DNA of 64,000 nucleotides from Sphyrna mokarran. Lineage: Eukaryota. The first letter of the stretch is position 1; each line of letters opens with the position of its first letter. Shown in pieces: positions 1-13,009 of this stretch. Location: assembly GCA_024679065.1 (NCBI GenBank), contig JAGIQG010000011.1:37138001-37202000 (forward strand), in the 5' to 3' direction. The translations under genes were made by a program, and so were the position numbers. The notes under the pieces were generated by a model. The model was given only the letters and a program-made list of their open reading frames with translations. It did not search any database and had not been told where the DNA came from.

Positions 1-175
1 ATGCTTTATTAATTGCTCTCTCAAACTGTCATGCCACCATTTATGATTTATATGCACATACGCCCAGGTCCCTTTGCTTCTGAGCCCCCTTCTTTATTTT
101 ACCCTTTACTTTATATTGTCTTCCCATGTTTTTCTGCCAAATTAAATCACTTCATGTTTTCCTGCATTGAATCAA
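1..175 (-). mobile_element. CR1 LINE fragment (RT C-terminal region)
   Basis: Reverse strand reads QKQRDLGVCAYKS*, matching the CR1 ORF2 motif QRDLGVxVHxSLK that is intact in the copy at 10320-11015. Confidence 0.6.
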
Positions 176-611
176 CCAATGCAAGAATTTGTCAATTTCT
201 TTTTGAAGTTTTATATTTTCCACCTTGCAGTTCACAATGTTCCCAAGATGAAGGAGGAAAGATGGAGTCAGACCTGAAGACAGGCCCCAGAGATTTTGTG
301 CACAATTAACCTGTGCCCGTTCCTTCTGATGCAGGCAGCACACAAACTTCATGTTGTTGTTGAGTGTCCACGGCCCTGCAGCGTATGGCCCAATCTCATG
401 AACGTAGCACCATTTACAGCTAGCCTGCACCAGTGAAACCAAGCCTGCATCTCTTTAAGGGGAAATGCATTCTGGCTGTGCCAAAGTGCTGGAACTGGAT
501 GCAGAAACAACTTTGTGAAGCAAGAACATTGAGTTATGGTATGCGAGGCATTGAATGTGCTCCAACATTTCCAGATGCAGAATGTGGACAAGAAGAGTCC
601 TGTACCCACAG

Positions 612-800
612 AGGGGAGAGCAGAGAGCCAGTGACCAGTGAGGGAGAGCAGGGGAGAGCAGGAGAGCCAGTGACCAGCGAGGGAGAGCAGGAGGCCAGTC
701 TGGGGAATGGGGAGAGCAGGAGGCCAGTGTGGGAGAATGGGGGAGAGCCAGAGACACCAGTGAGGGAGAGGTGGGGGGGTGAACAAGAGGCCAGTGAGGG
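612..800. repeat. Purine-rich imperfect minisatellite
   Basis: Repeated GGGAGAGCAGGAG(A/G)GCCAGTG units. It produces the repetitive ORFs 349..786 and 433..855. Confidence 0.75.
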
Positions 801-1837
801 AGGTATTGATCCATATGAGGCACTGGGAGTAATCTGTTTGAATAACTGGGGGTAATTTATCCCAATTACATACATTAAATGAATTCTATAACCACCTCAG
901 AAAGGAATCAGTCTCTGGGTGGTAATATTAAAGTGATAGTGGTGTCCACCAACTCCAAGCTGCACTTGGTGAAGGAGTTGGATAGCATCAGTAAATCACC
1001 AGTCAGTGTTGGGGATGGTAGCAGGCAAGTTAGGTTGTGCAGTGTGGTCCATTCAATATCAAAGGCAGTCTGCTTTTCTGCTTGTGGTTTTGAGCGGAAA
1101 CAAAATCTCCCAAACTTGAGACATGTACACAAATTTAGAATCCAGTTCCTAGCTGAAAATGTTTATTGTTAGAACAGAGTGTGCAAATAAAAATAAGTGA
1201 GGCCTTTAAACAAAGATTGGCCTTAACATTGTGTAACAGCAAAACCAGAGTGGAATAGAGGATTCAGAACCTTGTGATAAAGTAAACCTTGGTTCAGATA
1301 CTTTAAGAAACTGAGGCAGAAATGCCATTGAAACAAAAGTCTGTGATTTGTAACTGTTGCCATTAATAATTAGGGGGTTTTAGTGTTGTCTATTCTGATT
1401 GCATATACTCCAGTCAATGTCATCAAATCTTCCCTCATACTGGCCATTGGTCACCCAACATGTCTATTAACTCAGAGCCCTGCCTTCCCAAGGTTTTTCA
1501 ATGTGTCCTTAGTTTTAATGTTGAAAATTTGGTCACCCAAATCAAAAAGATGTTGTGCTGGCTAATGGTAGACTAACAATAAGGCAGAAAATTATGATAA
1601 TCTGGGTAATCTGGGTTATGTTCCTTGGCAGCACAGTTAGATGAGCCAATTATGGACAGCCCCTTTGGAAAGGGGATGTGTTGGTTTCACTCTCACTGCT
1701 CGGTCATGTTGTCCACATGTAGATAGCTTACATACAGAAGTCATGATTAGTGTTGGGTGGATTGCTCTTGTGAATCAGCAAACACCCTCTGACTTTGTGC
1801 TGTCACAACAGTGACAGTGATAAAACAGTGATAAAAC

Positions 1838-2177
1838 AGGATGGCAGGGTAGCTAGCATTGCTGCCTCACAGCGTCAGGGACTCAGTTCAACTCCAATCT
1901 TGTGTGATTGTGTGGGGTTTGCACGTTCTTCTCTTGTCTTTATGGGTTTCCTCTAGGTGCTGCAATTTCCTATCAAAGATGTGCAGATTAGGTGAATTGG
2001 CCATGGTAAATTGTCCCGTAGTGTCCCAAATTGTGTAGGTTAGGGGAATTAGTGGGACAATGTGTAACGTTACAGGGATAGAAGAGGGGGTGGGCCTGGG
2101 TAAGATGTTCTGTTGGATAGTCACTGCAGACCTGATGGGCTGAATGGTCTCTTTCTACATTGTTAGGATCCTATGAC
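1838..2177 (+). mobile_element. HE1-type V-SINE (tRNA head, V core, CR1-derived tail)
   Basis: Head GCTGCCTCACAGCGTCAGGGAC, core GTGTGGGGTTTGCACGTTCT...GGGTTTCCTC...CAAAGATGTGCAG, tail GATGGGCTGAATGGTCTC...CTATGA. Confidence 0.85.
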
Positions 2178-2650
2178 TGATGAACTTAATGGTATCACAT
2201 TGGGTTATGGGCTGTGCTGTTCATGGTTATGCACCAACTATACATTCAGAGAGTGGATTACTTTGCAATTCTGACACATCTCTGCATTTAGAATGACACA
2301 TGTAAATGCAGATATGCATGGTTGATGGCATCCTGTACGAAAGCCTTATGCTCGCTCCGATATAAAGAACCTATCTTATGCAGCAGTGAACAGCAAACTG
2401 GGAGGTGTTGGTGGCATTGCTTGTTTCAGCCCTGAAGGGTCCTGACACTACTCATGCTGAACTTACTCTCACAGCCACTAGCAGGGCCATTCTTGCCCTA
2501 AGGCTGCAAGAAATAGCAGATATCAGTAATTTCCTTCTTTGTAAAAGAGAGACTTCATACATACTATTCCTCATTGAAATGGAAGTAATAGAAATGCCCC
2601 CTGAGGTCCCTGCTAGTAGAATGTTTCCCTTTCCTTTTTTCCTCCTCTGT

Positions 2651-3030
2651 GAACACAAGAACACAAAGGATAGGAGCAGGAGTAGACCAGATAGTTAATT
2701 GAGCCTACTCCATCATTCAGTACAATCATGGCTGCTTTTGGGTTTCAACTCCACTTTCTTGCCTGCCTCAATTAACTGAGTGATCAATATCCCTCAATAC
2801 CCCTCAATTACCTGAGAGATCAAAAATCCATCCATCCAGTCTCAAACATAGTCAACAATGGAGCATCTGCAACAATCCAGATACAGAATTCCAAAGATTC
2901 ACAACTCTTTGAGTGAAGAGATTTCTCCTCATCTCAGTCCTTAATGATCCTCGGTCTATATTGCCATGTTCTAGGTCCCTCAGCCAGCAGAAGCAACCAC
3001 TCAGTGCTTGAGCCTGACAACTTCCTTAAC
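2651..3030 (-). mobile_element. CR1 LINE 3' end
   Basis: AAGAACACAAAGGATAGGAGCAGGAGTAGACCA...CATTCAGTACAATCATGGCTG...GAATTCCAAAGATTCACAAC is the reverse complement of a CR1 3' UTR and ORF2 end. Confidence 0.75.
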
Positions 3031-4160
3031 TACACATGTTCAGCTATATATGCTTAAGAGACAATGTTAGCTAGAGTGAAATAGCAGCTGATATCAAATC
3101 AGTGTTACATGCAAACTGATTTCACAGTCTGCACACTCACAGTGCACATGCCTGATGCAATGGCAATGCTTTCACAACTAAAGTGCTTAGGATAGATTAC
3201 CCTGGGAGTACATGAGTGTGGTACAGACAGCATTTTGCAAGCAACATGACAATTGATGAAAATATAGGCACTGTTCTAATTAATATTCTTCAGTATTAGA
3301 CAAAGCTCATGCAGGCTGGGAATCTCCTCAGAGCTCTCTCTGATCCTCAGCCATAAACTTTGTCAGAAGTTTACATCAGTAAATGGTATTTCCATCACAC
3401 TTCAGACAACATTATAGCAACAAGACAGATCTAACTCTGGAAAAATCTCTTTTTTTGGTGATTGATGGCTAAACACAAATCTATAATTTATTTTTGTATT
3501 GTTAGCAACTAGATCAATTCATCATTTATTGCTGAAAGGAAGGTGATTTATGACTTACCTTAATATATTCTTTTGGTGGTAATGAAATCAATGTGTTTTG
3601 CGAAAGTAGTTGGCGATATTTAACTGCTCTCTCAAAATAGCTCTCAAATTAATTTAAAGAATATTTCACTGAGAACTAGTTGAATTTGAAAGTGTTATGC
3701 GAATGATGATTTCATAGACTGGGAGCAGGGTTAGTTTAGCAAAGCAATATCATTTTCAGCAGTGGGTTAAAATCAATTTTGCAAAACACATGTTGGATGA
3801 TTGTGTTCCTTCCTCTATAAAAGAAGCCAGGTTTTGAAAATAAAATGGCAGGGTTGCATCATCTTGCTTAACATGTAACAGAAAATCTACCTGTCATGAG
3901 TGGTGGCTGGTGCTGAAAGGGAGTGTCTTTCCGCCGAGGTTTCAAAGTTTGCTCATCTGTGTCTGTTTCTGTCTGTTGCTGCTGTGAACTTCTCGAGAAC
4001 GAGTGAGGCACATCGTCATTACATTTAAGGGGAACTACCTGTTCAGATCCTGTAACTGTGATAAAAATAACTGTTCAAAGCCATGCGATGTAGCAGTCGC
4101 TGTAATGACAACACATTTTCTCAATTCTGAGTTACAGATAACACAGTCTTGTTTCAATAG

Positions 4161-4172
4161 GTTGTGACATGG
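4161..4172 (+). CDS. Candidate 12-nt micro-exon (VVTW)
   Basis: tcttgtttcaatag|GTTGTGACATGG|gtaaga has good acceptor and donor sites and joins 4930 in phase 0. Supported by splice signals only. Confidence 0.2.
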
Positions 4173-4630
4173 GTAAGAAAAACAACTGTTTTCCTTTAGG
4201 AAGCGCAATGATTATCCTCCAGATAAAGGTGATGCATCACAGACCAGAAGCCCATTAAGATATGCAACTGAAAATAAAACCATTGCCTGTCCCTTTCTGA
4301 GGGTTTATTCTTACATTTTTATTAACTTTTTCACCGTATTCATTAGAACACCGTTACAATAAGATTAGTCCAGTTAATCTAAAATATTTCTGCTCGAGGC
4401 TTAGTGATAAAACTTACCCCCTAATGCCTGTTGAAAGGGAATAAATGCACAGTAACAAAACCATTAATGTCACTTTTATTTTTTTCTTGACACTTTTCCC
4501 TTCTCGTTGCTAAGTGAAGCATTGTATTAGTCGGTAAGGATGCAGTGCCCAACATACCTATCCCCCGGCTTGGCTGAGGGAAATGCAAACGGTACATTTC
4601 TGTGAGAAGACCTGGTTTCAGGCCTGACTT

Positions 4631-4900
4631 TCGCCAGGCACCCCAGTTTGATTCCCGGCTTGGGCTACTGTCTGGGTGAAGTTTGCACGTTCTCCTTTTG
4701 TCCGTGTGGGCTTCCACTGGGTGCTCCAATTTCCTCCCACAATCTGAAGGACATGCTGGTTAGGTGCATCGGCCATGCTAACTCCTCCCTCAGTGTACCC
4801 GAACAGGCACCAGAGTGTAGCGACTAGGGAAATTTCAACTAACCTCATTGCAGTTTAAAGTAAGCCCAGTTGTGACACTAATGAATAATAAATAATAAAC
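4631..4900 (+). mobile_element. V-SINE with alternative (non-CR1) 3' tail
   Basis: Same head and V core as HE1, then CTCAGTGTACCCGAACAGGCACC...GCGACTAGGG...TTGTGACACTAATGAATAATAAA. Confidence 0.8.
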
Positions 4901-4929
4901 TTTCACACTTTTCTCCATTGTTCCAATAG

Positions 4930-5004
4930 GTGAAAGGAAACCCAACCCTTGGTGTCTGTGCTTACTCAACTATAAACAAAAAAAGACCTGTAATCAGCTG
5001 GTGA
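4930..5004 (+). CDS. Candidate terminal coding exon of a plus-strand gene (VKGNPTLGVCAYSTINKKRPVISW*)
   Basis: Polypyrimidine acceptor ctttcacacttttctccattgttccaatag|, 24 codons to TGA, then AATAAA near 5214 and 5540. Product not recognised. Confidence 0.3.
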   Translation: MKGNPTLGVCAYSTINKKRPVISW

Positions 5005-6102
5005 ATGCCAAAGGACCCAATCATTGATGTCAGACATTTGTCAGTGAGTTTCGAATGGTAGCTGATCACCAGAGGAGACACAAGCTCCAAGATCCTCGGG
5101 CCTCCAAAGATACATCACATGAAGTAGGCCACTGACTGGTGTTATATTGAATCCAATGCATTTTGAAGTGGCTTTTCTGCATAATGTATCACATGGCTGG
5201 TTGCAATTGGTGAAATAAATAGGCTTTCTAAACATTCCGCACACTCTAGCATTACTCCATATAATATTACAACTATGAGTTTTATAAGATTACTATGTTT
5301 TGGGACTGTGGTTCCAAGCTAAAAATGAAGGGGAACATTTGACATTTTCTGAATTCTGCATCAAGTCTATGTGGTTTGATTATTAGAGATTAAATGAATC
5401 CAGATTGTTTTACTGGGAAGAAAGTGTTCACACTTGGAGACAGTTCCTTCATGCTATGGGCAAAATATAAAGGCCCAGAGAAGTGTTGAAAAGATTGGGT
5501 TGTAAACAATATTGCTTTAAATTGTTCATTTCTTTCCCAAATAAAAAGAGAGTTGGGAGCTTAAGGATAATTAATCAGCATTTCAAACTGGATATGAGGC
5601 CCTCGTGATTCATATTGCCATGAAGATGTGCTTTGAGAAGGGAAAGATTTGTAACATATTTCTGAAAGTCCCAGGCATAAAGGTAGCCTGTTATGATCTG
5701 GAGAGAGGCAGCAGTTGAAGGCCAAAAGTCTCAATGATTCACCACAAATGAATATGGATGGGAACTCACACTCAATTAAAAATACCAAATTCGTGACCAC
5801 TTGAAACAAGGCTGAAAGATTCACCTTACTTTCACTAAACAGAGTATCACAGAAAAGTATTACTCACCATGAAATACAGTTCCAGGGTTAAACATTAACA
5901 AGCTGAGATGTGAAAGGAATGGAAGTAGACCCTCAGGAACTAAGATTCATTTTGACTGGTAAAATTATTAGTTTGGAAAAAAATCAAATAACTATTTATG
6001 AGGTAGTGTAAAGTATATCTGAGAAGTGGGCATGTAGGTTGAGTTAAAATTAAAGGGAATGTTCTGTTCTGTAGTTTAAAGTATAAGTTGCCTACAAACA
6101 TA

Positions 6103-6676
6103 GGCTGGGATTCTTCCAACACTCTGTGCTGCTCATGTAGCATAGCGGGCAAGGAGATATCAGTGAGACTTGCGACTGCCACCCAGCCAATCACAAGTCT
6201 CTGAGGCTTTTTCAGCATTGTCACTAGAAATCTGCACGGAGCTGAGTACTATATGGAAATAGCTATCCGGGTTGCGTATGATGGGGAAGATCAGGGCTAG
6301 CCCAGGGTGTCCGATAGGCCAGTGATTGGGGAGTTGGAAAGGCCGGTGATTGGGAAGTGTCAGATGGCCAGCAATCTGGAGGGGGAGGCCTGGGAAAACA
6401 TCGGAAGACCAGTGATGGGGACAGTCAATGTGCATGCCCTGATCTCCCCACTTACAAATCGGCACATACACAGTGGCCTTCTCAGTGTGCTGATGTCAGC
6501 CTTTCGGGTAGGATGAGGCCCTGCCTCCTACTTTCCACTGTAAATTCCTCCAAGGCACTCAGTGATGCACAGCAAGTTGAAGATTTGTTTTGGTAAGTAT
6601 GTCCGAAAAGTGGGTGGGAAATTCTCCTGCTTCCGCACCCATTGGCCACTTGATTTTTTGGGGTAGAATCCTGGCC
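6103..6676. mobile_element. Non-autonomous PIF/Harbinger-like element (MITE)
   Basis: Imperfect TIRs GGCTGGGATTCT / AGAATCCTGGCC with ATA on both sides and a GC-rich interior. Confidence 0.6.
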
Positions 6677-7131
6677 ATAGTGTTTTGTCAGCAGCACTTT
6701 TAGTCCTTTTTTTTTACAGTAAAAGACTTAAAATCTTGTTGTTACATCCTTTTCAGTTGTTAACTGGAAGCTTAAATTTCTATCCAAGTTTATTGGTCTC
6801 TACAGGGATCACAAACAAGCAGGATATAGTCATTCAACGTATCTTTGAATTTAGCATCCATTACATCTGCAGGTGAAGCACATATGAACTTCACACTTTG
6901 CAAATTCTTGTGTTTGTGAGATATTCTGTGCTGACTGTAACTGTTTTGTATGTTCAGTACAATTTAGCACTCCCTCCCCGGGCATCAATTTTACTTTTGT
7001 GATACTGTCTTCCCTGTTACAAGTTATGCAAGCACAATTAGATCCTTTCATTCAAGAATTGCATTAAGGTGGAGGCGGAGGGACAAAGTCGGAATAGGAT
7101 GCAAGATGGAAAAGGTGGAGGGGGAGTTCAA

Positions 7132-7230
7132 GGAATCATAAGAATCAGGAACAGGAGTGGGCAATTCAGGCCTTTGAGCCTGTTCCAGCATTTCATACAA
7201 TCATGGCTGACCTCGTCTTGGCCTCAACTC
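7132..7230 (-). mobile_element. CR1 3' tail fragment
   Basis: GAATCATAAGAATCAGGAACAGGAGTGGGCAATTCAGGCCTTTGAGCCTGTTCCAGCATTTCATACAATCATGGCTGA. Confidence 0.7.
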
Positions 7231-7354
7231 AATGAGAAGGCCAGGAGAGGAGGGATACGAGAAGAAGGGAGGGGGAAAAAATGGAATGGGAGAGAAAAGG
7301 CAGGCAGAGGGAGAATGGAGGAACAAAGAATTAGGAAGAGGTAAGAGGAAAAAA

Positions 7355-7622
7355 AGAAATATATGTGTTTATATAGCACTTTCCACAACCACCAGATATG
7401 TCAATGTGTTTGGAAGCCAATTAAGTTCTTTTGAAGTGTAGTCATTGCTGCAAAATAGAAAATGCAGCAGTTAATATGTGCACAGCACACTGCCACAAAC
7501 AGCAATGTAATAATGACCAGATAATCTGGATTATTTTGTGTGATATTGATTAAAGGGTAAATATTGGCCAGGACTCTAGGGTTAATTTTCAAAGTAGTCA
7601 GATGGAGCTCAGTCAACGTATC
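7355..7622 (-). mobile_element. SacSINE1-like DeuSINE, 3' part (split by Harbinger)
   Basis: TTTATATAGCACTTTCCAC...TTTTGAAGTGTAGTCATTG...AAATATTGGCCAGGAC. The sequence resumes at 13903, and a related copy lies at 55625-55915. Confidence 0.7.
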
Positions 7623-8329
7623 AGGTGGAATTTTACCATCTTATCACACCCACATTGTAGCGGGAAAATGTCGTAAAATAGAGCACGATACAATGTGTGA
7701 TAATGGCAAGCATTTTCACGCCCATTTGCATTTTACCAAGTAAAAACAATCGGCATGATCTGGAGTCCATCCAAAATAGGCAAAACATCAATTTACATTT
7801 TTTTTTGCATTCATCTCAATGTAATTAAAGAACTTTGCAGTTGAACTGGGATGATTGGGAGCCTTAACCACCTCACTCACTGCAGTTGGATCAGGCAGGA
7901 AAATCTCATCTATAACAGTCACATTCGGATGCTTGCTCAGTGAGGGTGAGCAAGGAACTAAGTCTCTGGTTTTAAATTGCTCCATGCTGCTAAGGGGGGA
8001 GGGGGCATTGTTTTGTGGCAGCTATGTTGCATTTTGGGTCAATGGGTTGCAAGTATGGGGAGGGGGGGGTGGGGGGCTATTGTTGCTCACGGCATCCAGC
8101 ATCGGATTCTCAACATTGATCCAGCTTAGAGTGCTGAACACGGGTCTTAGCGTTGATTCTGGGTCCTAGTGTTGGTAGCAACAAGCTCTGTTGCAGGTGG
8201 GGATGAGCTGGAAACACTCTGAAGGGGCAGTGCTGCAACCTCAAGACAAGACATGTCAAGCAGCACTATTTATGACCACTACTGCATAGGTTCTGGGTGT
8301 TTGTTTGTGAATGGGGGGTGAAGAACGGG

Positions 8330-8860
8330 GTTGCTGTTGTTGTTGTTGTCATCTTGTTGCCATTCTGGGATATGTGGGGGTCTATGGGGAGTGTTGCTAG
8401 GAGGATCTGTGGGGGGCATATGGGTGTGTGTTGCTGGGGTCTGTGGGATGTTTGGGGATTGTGTGTTGCTGGGATTTGTGGGGGAGTATGGGGTGTGCGT
8501 GCTGCCGAGGGGCGTTTTTGTGTGGGGGGGGGTTATGCGGAGTGTGTGTTGCTGGGATATCTGTGGGGGGGTATGGGAGTGTGTGTTACTGGAGGGACTA
8601 TGGTGGAGCTATGGGGACTGTGAGTTGCTGGAGTCTGTGGGAGCGTAGGGGGAGTGTGTGTTGCTGGGGTTTGTTGGGGCCTATGGAAAATGTGTGTTGC
8701 TAGGAAGTCTGTAGGGAAGGTATGGGGAGTGCATATCTGGGATCTGTGTGAGGGGTATATAAGGAGTGTGCATTACCCAAGAGTGTGTGGGGGGAGTTTG
8801 GGGGTATGTGCTGTTGGGGGATCTGTGGCAGAATGTATAGGGGATGTGTGTTGCTGGGCT
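8330..8860. repeat. G/T-rich minisatellite inside the Harbinger
   Basis: Units of roughly 33 bp, GGGGG(A/T)GTATGGGGxGTGTGTTGCTGGGATCTGT. Confidence 0.85.
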
Positions 8861-8946
8861 GAGGGCAAGCAGAGTTCTTTAAACTCTCCATCTGTCTCTC
8901 CCCTTCCCTAATCCACCCCTCCCTTGCCTCTCTTCAGATTGACGAG

Positions 8947-9630
8947 ATGGTTTTTGCAATGCAACCCATTGATCTTGCTGTCCTTTTGGTTGCTGCTGGA
9001 ACTGAGGAGTAGGAGCAGGAGGATGAATTGAGGGCAGAGGAGTCCCAGGCCTTGCCACCCACAGGAGTGTGGGAGATGGGTACCGAGAGGCAGGACGTGG
9101 CCATCATTCAACCTGAAGGGAGGCAGCGGGATGTGGGGGGGAGGAGAAGAAGGGAGTGGAGACCATGGCACTTCCACACGTGAGTGTCCTTCAAGCAACT
9201 GTCAGAAAGCATGTGCTGCCAACAGCTCAGGCTCCGAAAGGAGATAGTGCAGGGCCTGTTACCTCGGGGTACGGGGTGGGGTGGGGGGGCACCCACTTCC
9301 AGTTACTGTGGAAGTGATGGCCGCCTTAAACTTTTACACCACCCGGGCCATTTCAGATCATGAGTGGAGACCTTTGTGGAATTTCTCAACCATCCATGCA
9401 CAACTTTGTGGAGGAGGTTATGGTATGCTCAGGCTGGCCAGTATATTAAATTTGACTCAGACCAGGCCCAGCAGGAAGTCTGGCCTGTAGGAGCAAGGGG
9501 AAAATGAGGAGGAGGAGGAGGAAGAAGAGGAGGAGGAGGATAACGATGAGCAATACTACCCAGGCATTGGAGGGCTGGCAGCAGCAGGATCAGGCATGCG
9601 AGGGTGTCAAGGGAGGCCCTGATCAGTTTA
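8947..9630 (+). pseudogene. Harbinger (HARBI1-like) transposase remnant, catalytic DDE region missing
   Basis: Frameshifted translation SFKQLSESMCCQQLRLRKEIVQGL...GGHPLPVTVEVMAALNFYTT/GPFQIMSGDLCGISQPSMHNFVEEV matches the N-terminal HTH region of Harbinger transposases. It then jumps to an acidic (GAG)n C-terminal tract near 9505. Confidence 0.8.
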
Positions 9631-10130
9631 GTCATGAGGAGCCTCTGTTGCCATGCGTGTGTTCTGTTCTCCCCTACCAATTGACCTTGAAGTCCTGCAA
9701 TCTCCTGCAACCTTGTAACACCAGAGTGGTGGGCCTGGGCACGCTGTGTTAGCGAGTTTCTATGGCAGACAGGAAGGTGATGATGATCCTCTATGCGCCA
9801 TTGCGCAAACTAGTCTGATTCTTACTTGAACTCTACACGCATGTTGGCACCTGGGCCCACATTTGAGTAGCGAGTAAGGGAACATTAAACTCCCATGCAG
9901 GGCCCTGGGACAGGTGGTGTGGAGGGGAGGGAGGGAATCTCTCAGGGCAGTTGCTGCCAATGCATGTCACCCGCTGTAGCCAGTGAATTATTTCAGCACC
10001 TTGATTTTCTCAGTAGCAGTGCGTGGAGGGGCTTCCCCCACTGATATTAGCGTGCACGGTCGCTCCGGTGACAGTTGGGGTAAATACATTCCTATTAGAA
10101 AAGTTAGTCACAGGTGTGGGTGAAATAATA

Positions 10131-11015
10131 TAAAACATAGAACACTACAGCACAAACAGGCCCTTCGGCCCACAAGTTGCGCCGATCATACCTATACCTA
10201 CTAGGCCATAGAACTATCTGTAACTCCCAATCTCATTTAATCCCATGTACTCATCCAGAAGTCTTTTAAAAGACTCCAGCGAGTTCACCTCTACCATCAC
10301 CAATAGCAGCCGATTCCATTCACTTACCACCTTCTTGAGTGAAAAACTTACACCTAACATCTCTCCTATATCTGCTTTCCAGCACCTTAAACCTGTGTCC
10401 TCTTGTAGTGACCATTTCAAGCCTGGGAAATAGCATTCGAGATTCCAGCCTATCTATTCCTCTCAACATTTTATAAACCTCTATCAAGTCGCCTCTCATC
10501 CTTCGTCTCTCCACAGAGAAAAGAGCTAGTTCCTTCAACCTATCTTCATAGGCCATGCCTTCCAATCCAGGCAACATCCTTGTAAATCTACTCTGCACCT
10601 TCTCAATAGCTTGCATATCCTTCTTGTAGTGAGGCGACCAGAACTGTGCACAGTACTCTAAGTGGGGTCTGACAAGGGTCTTATAAATTTGCAGCATTAC
10701 CTCCCAACTCTTTAACTCAATCCCTCGATTAATGAAGGCCAGTACACCATACGTCTTCTTAACCACACCCTCCACCTGCGAGGCTGATTTAAGAGTCCTA
10801 TGGATCTGGACCCCAAGATCCTTCTGCTCCTCAACACTGCTAAGTCTCCTACCCTTGATATTATACTCCTTCTTCTCATTGGTCCTGCCAAAACGGACCA
10901 CTACACATTTATCCACGTCCATTTGCCACTTCTCCGCCCAGTCTTGTGTCCTATCTATGTCACACTGCAACTTCTGACATCCCCCAAGACTATCCACAAC
11001 ACCACGAACCTTCAT
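10131..11015 (-). mobile_element. Young 5'-truncated CR1 (HER1-like) LINE
   Basis: RT C-terminal ORF, CR1 3' tail (GGGCCGAAGGGCCTGTTTGTGCTGTAGTGTTCTATG), and 8-bp TSD AAATAATA at 10123-10130 and 11016-11023. Confidence 0.92.
10320..11015 (-). pseudogene. CR1 ORF2 reverse transcriptase C-terminal fragment (231 aa open)
   Basis: LQCDID..WAEKWQM..KC, KDLGV, YKTLVRPHLEYCAQFWSP, RRMRGDLIEVYKM and TRGHRFK motifs. Confidence 0.9.
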
Positions 11016-11315
11016 AAATAATACTTATTGTTTCCAATAATATTGCTTTTAAAATAAGCACCTACATAAAAACATGTGAAAGTGAGCTTTTAAAGTGCCT
11101 AAACATTCTATCTGCCTACTGTTATCCTTCGCCTGTGCACCCTTAGTGCCACTACAACTTCTTTACCTTATACGGCCTCCCACTATGTCTCAGTGTCTGT
11201 CCAGGATGTACGTCGGAGGTGGAGATGGCCAGTCGATTACCACACTCTGTAACCTGTGAAAGCCTTGAAGAGAGTCCTCTGGAAAGGCCTTGAGGGCTCT
11301 GGCTGACTTCTAGGT

Positions 11316-11469
11316 AAAGAAGTGGTGAGAGAAGTTCTTCAGGTGAGTGGCAGTTCAAATCAGAAAGCTAGTGGCATTTGCTACCAAATAAAGCTGTTGG
11401 ACTTTAACCTGGTGTTGAGAGACTTCTAACTGTGTTTACGCCGGTCCACGCCAGTATCTCCACATCACA
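11316..11469 (+). mobile_element. Penelope-like pLTR mini-insertion
   Basis: GAAAGCTAGTGGCATTTGCTACCAAATAAAGCTGTTGGACTTTAACCTGGTGTTG...CTCCACATCA, flanked by ACTTCTAGGT / ACTTCCAGGT (10-bp TSD, one mismatch). Confidence 0.75.
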
Positions 11470-13009
11470 ACTTCCAGGTGTCAGGGGCGTATACATGACA
11501 TCCTCTTCATCCTGCTGTCCCTAGGATGCTCTGGTATCAGAAAGGGGGGAGTCAGGAGGTGAAGCCAGAGTCACAGTCTCCTGGATGGAAGACCTCAGCA
11601 CAGGCTTGAGCCCTTCCTCCTCCCTTGGGGTTCCTGTGGGGCCCTGGGTCACTCCGTGGGATGGCAGTGCCTCTGCAATGAGCTCTACCTGGCCCTGCCA
11701 GTCCTGGAGAACCACCTGTGTTCTTGCTATGGTGGCTGAACCCTCTGCGATGGCCCTCTGAGATGGGGCCACCTGTCAACGGCAGCAGCAAGAGCCCTCT
11801 GAGATGAGGGCCACGCTCTTCAGCCCCTCAGGCATGTCTCTCTACGACTGGGCCATGCTCTCAAGGGCTGTAGCCATAGCCCGCTGTGTCTCAGCACCGT
11901 GTTGCTGGGTCTCATGCAAACTCTCGAGCCTCCCAGTCAGAATCGCAAGATGCCTGTTGAGCCCCTCAGCTGTGGCCTGCTGTGGCTCGGCCATCACTTG
12001 GACTCTGTCACTCAAGATGAGGATCCCCTATCCCAGGCTTTCCACCGCAGATGCCTCCCTTGCAATGTTGGATAGGGAACCAAATAAGACAGGCAAAAGC
12101 TGGTCTACCTGGAAACTTTGCGACTGCTCCCGACAGCCTCACAGTCGGTGCAGTGCTGTGGTCAGTCTCTCTTGCATTCCCCGACTCTGTTGATGCATCT
12201 CCAGCAGCTGAGGGAGAAGTGATCTCAGAGGCCCAGCATGTAGCTGGGGGCAGCTGCCTTCTCACCTCCAGCAAGCCCCGGCATGCCAGAGGCCTCAGAT
12301 GTCCCTTCGCCCACCTGATGTACATCAGCAGATGTACTGTGCATACAAGAGGTGCCTTGCCACTAACTTGATCCACCATTGAGAGAGTCTCTGGGATGGA
12401 GAGTTGCAACTTGGAAGTTGATGCAAAACCAGTGCTGGTCTCGGAGGTTCCATCATCCGCTTCCTCCGAGGAGTTTTTCAAGTTGTCAGGAGCAAATGGG
12501 TGGGTGCAGCAGTGGGACCGTGATGCCAGATAGCCCAGACACTTTAGGGTCCTTTCCTACAACACAAGATTAAATGCAAGGGAGGCAGAGGAATCTGAGC
12601 TGCATGCAACTTACTTGAAATTTCTCCAACAAGTGGAGGATTGGCAAGTGCTCACTTCAATGCTCCAGACTAACCGTGATATCACTGATGGTCCACATTC
12701 CTTCCTCTCCTGCAAAATCCAGTGCCCTCTCCCAAAGGGGGTGAGGAACACGTCTCAGATACACTCGCCCTTCTCTTCACCCTCTCCCAGTGATAATGGG
12801 TATTCTTCTGCTGTGGGGACAGAACGGCCCACGTAAAATCTGATGGCACAAGTCCTGCAGGGTTTCAGGGGATGGCCTTCAGAAGGCAAGGGTTGTCATC
12901 CTCTTGGGTGGGAGAAGGCAGATGTTGGGTGTCAGGAACTGAAAGCATGTAGTGTGGTGGGAATGTCTGAGGTTCAATTAGGGGAAAATGCTGGATAAGT
13001 TTAAACACT

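Noticed and set aside
349-875. Overlapping 113-145 aa ORFs
   Set aside because: They are kept open by the purine-rich minisatellite and are low-complexity on both strands.
8297-8911. Gly/Cys/Val-rich ORFs resembling keratin-associated or metallothionein-like proteins
   Set aside because: They are translations of the G/T minisatellite inside the Harbinger.
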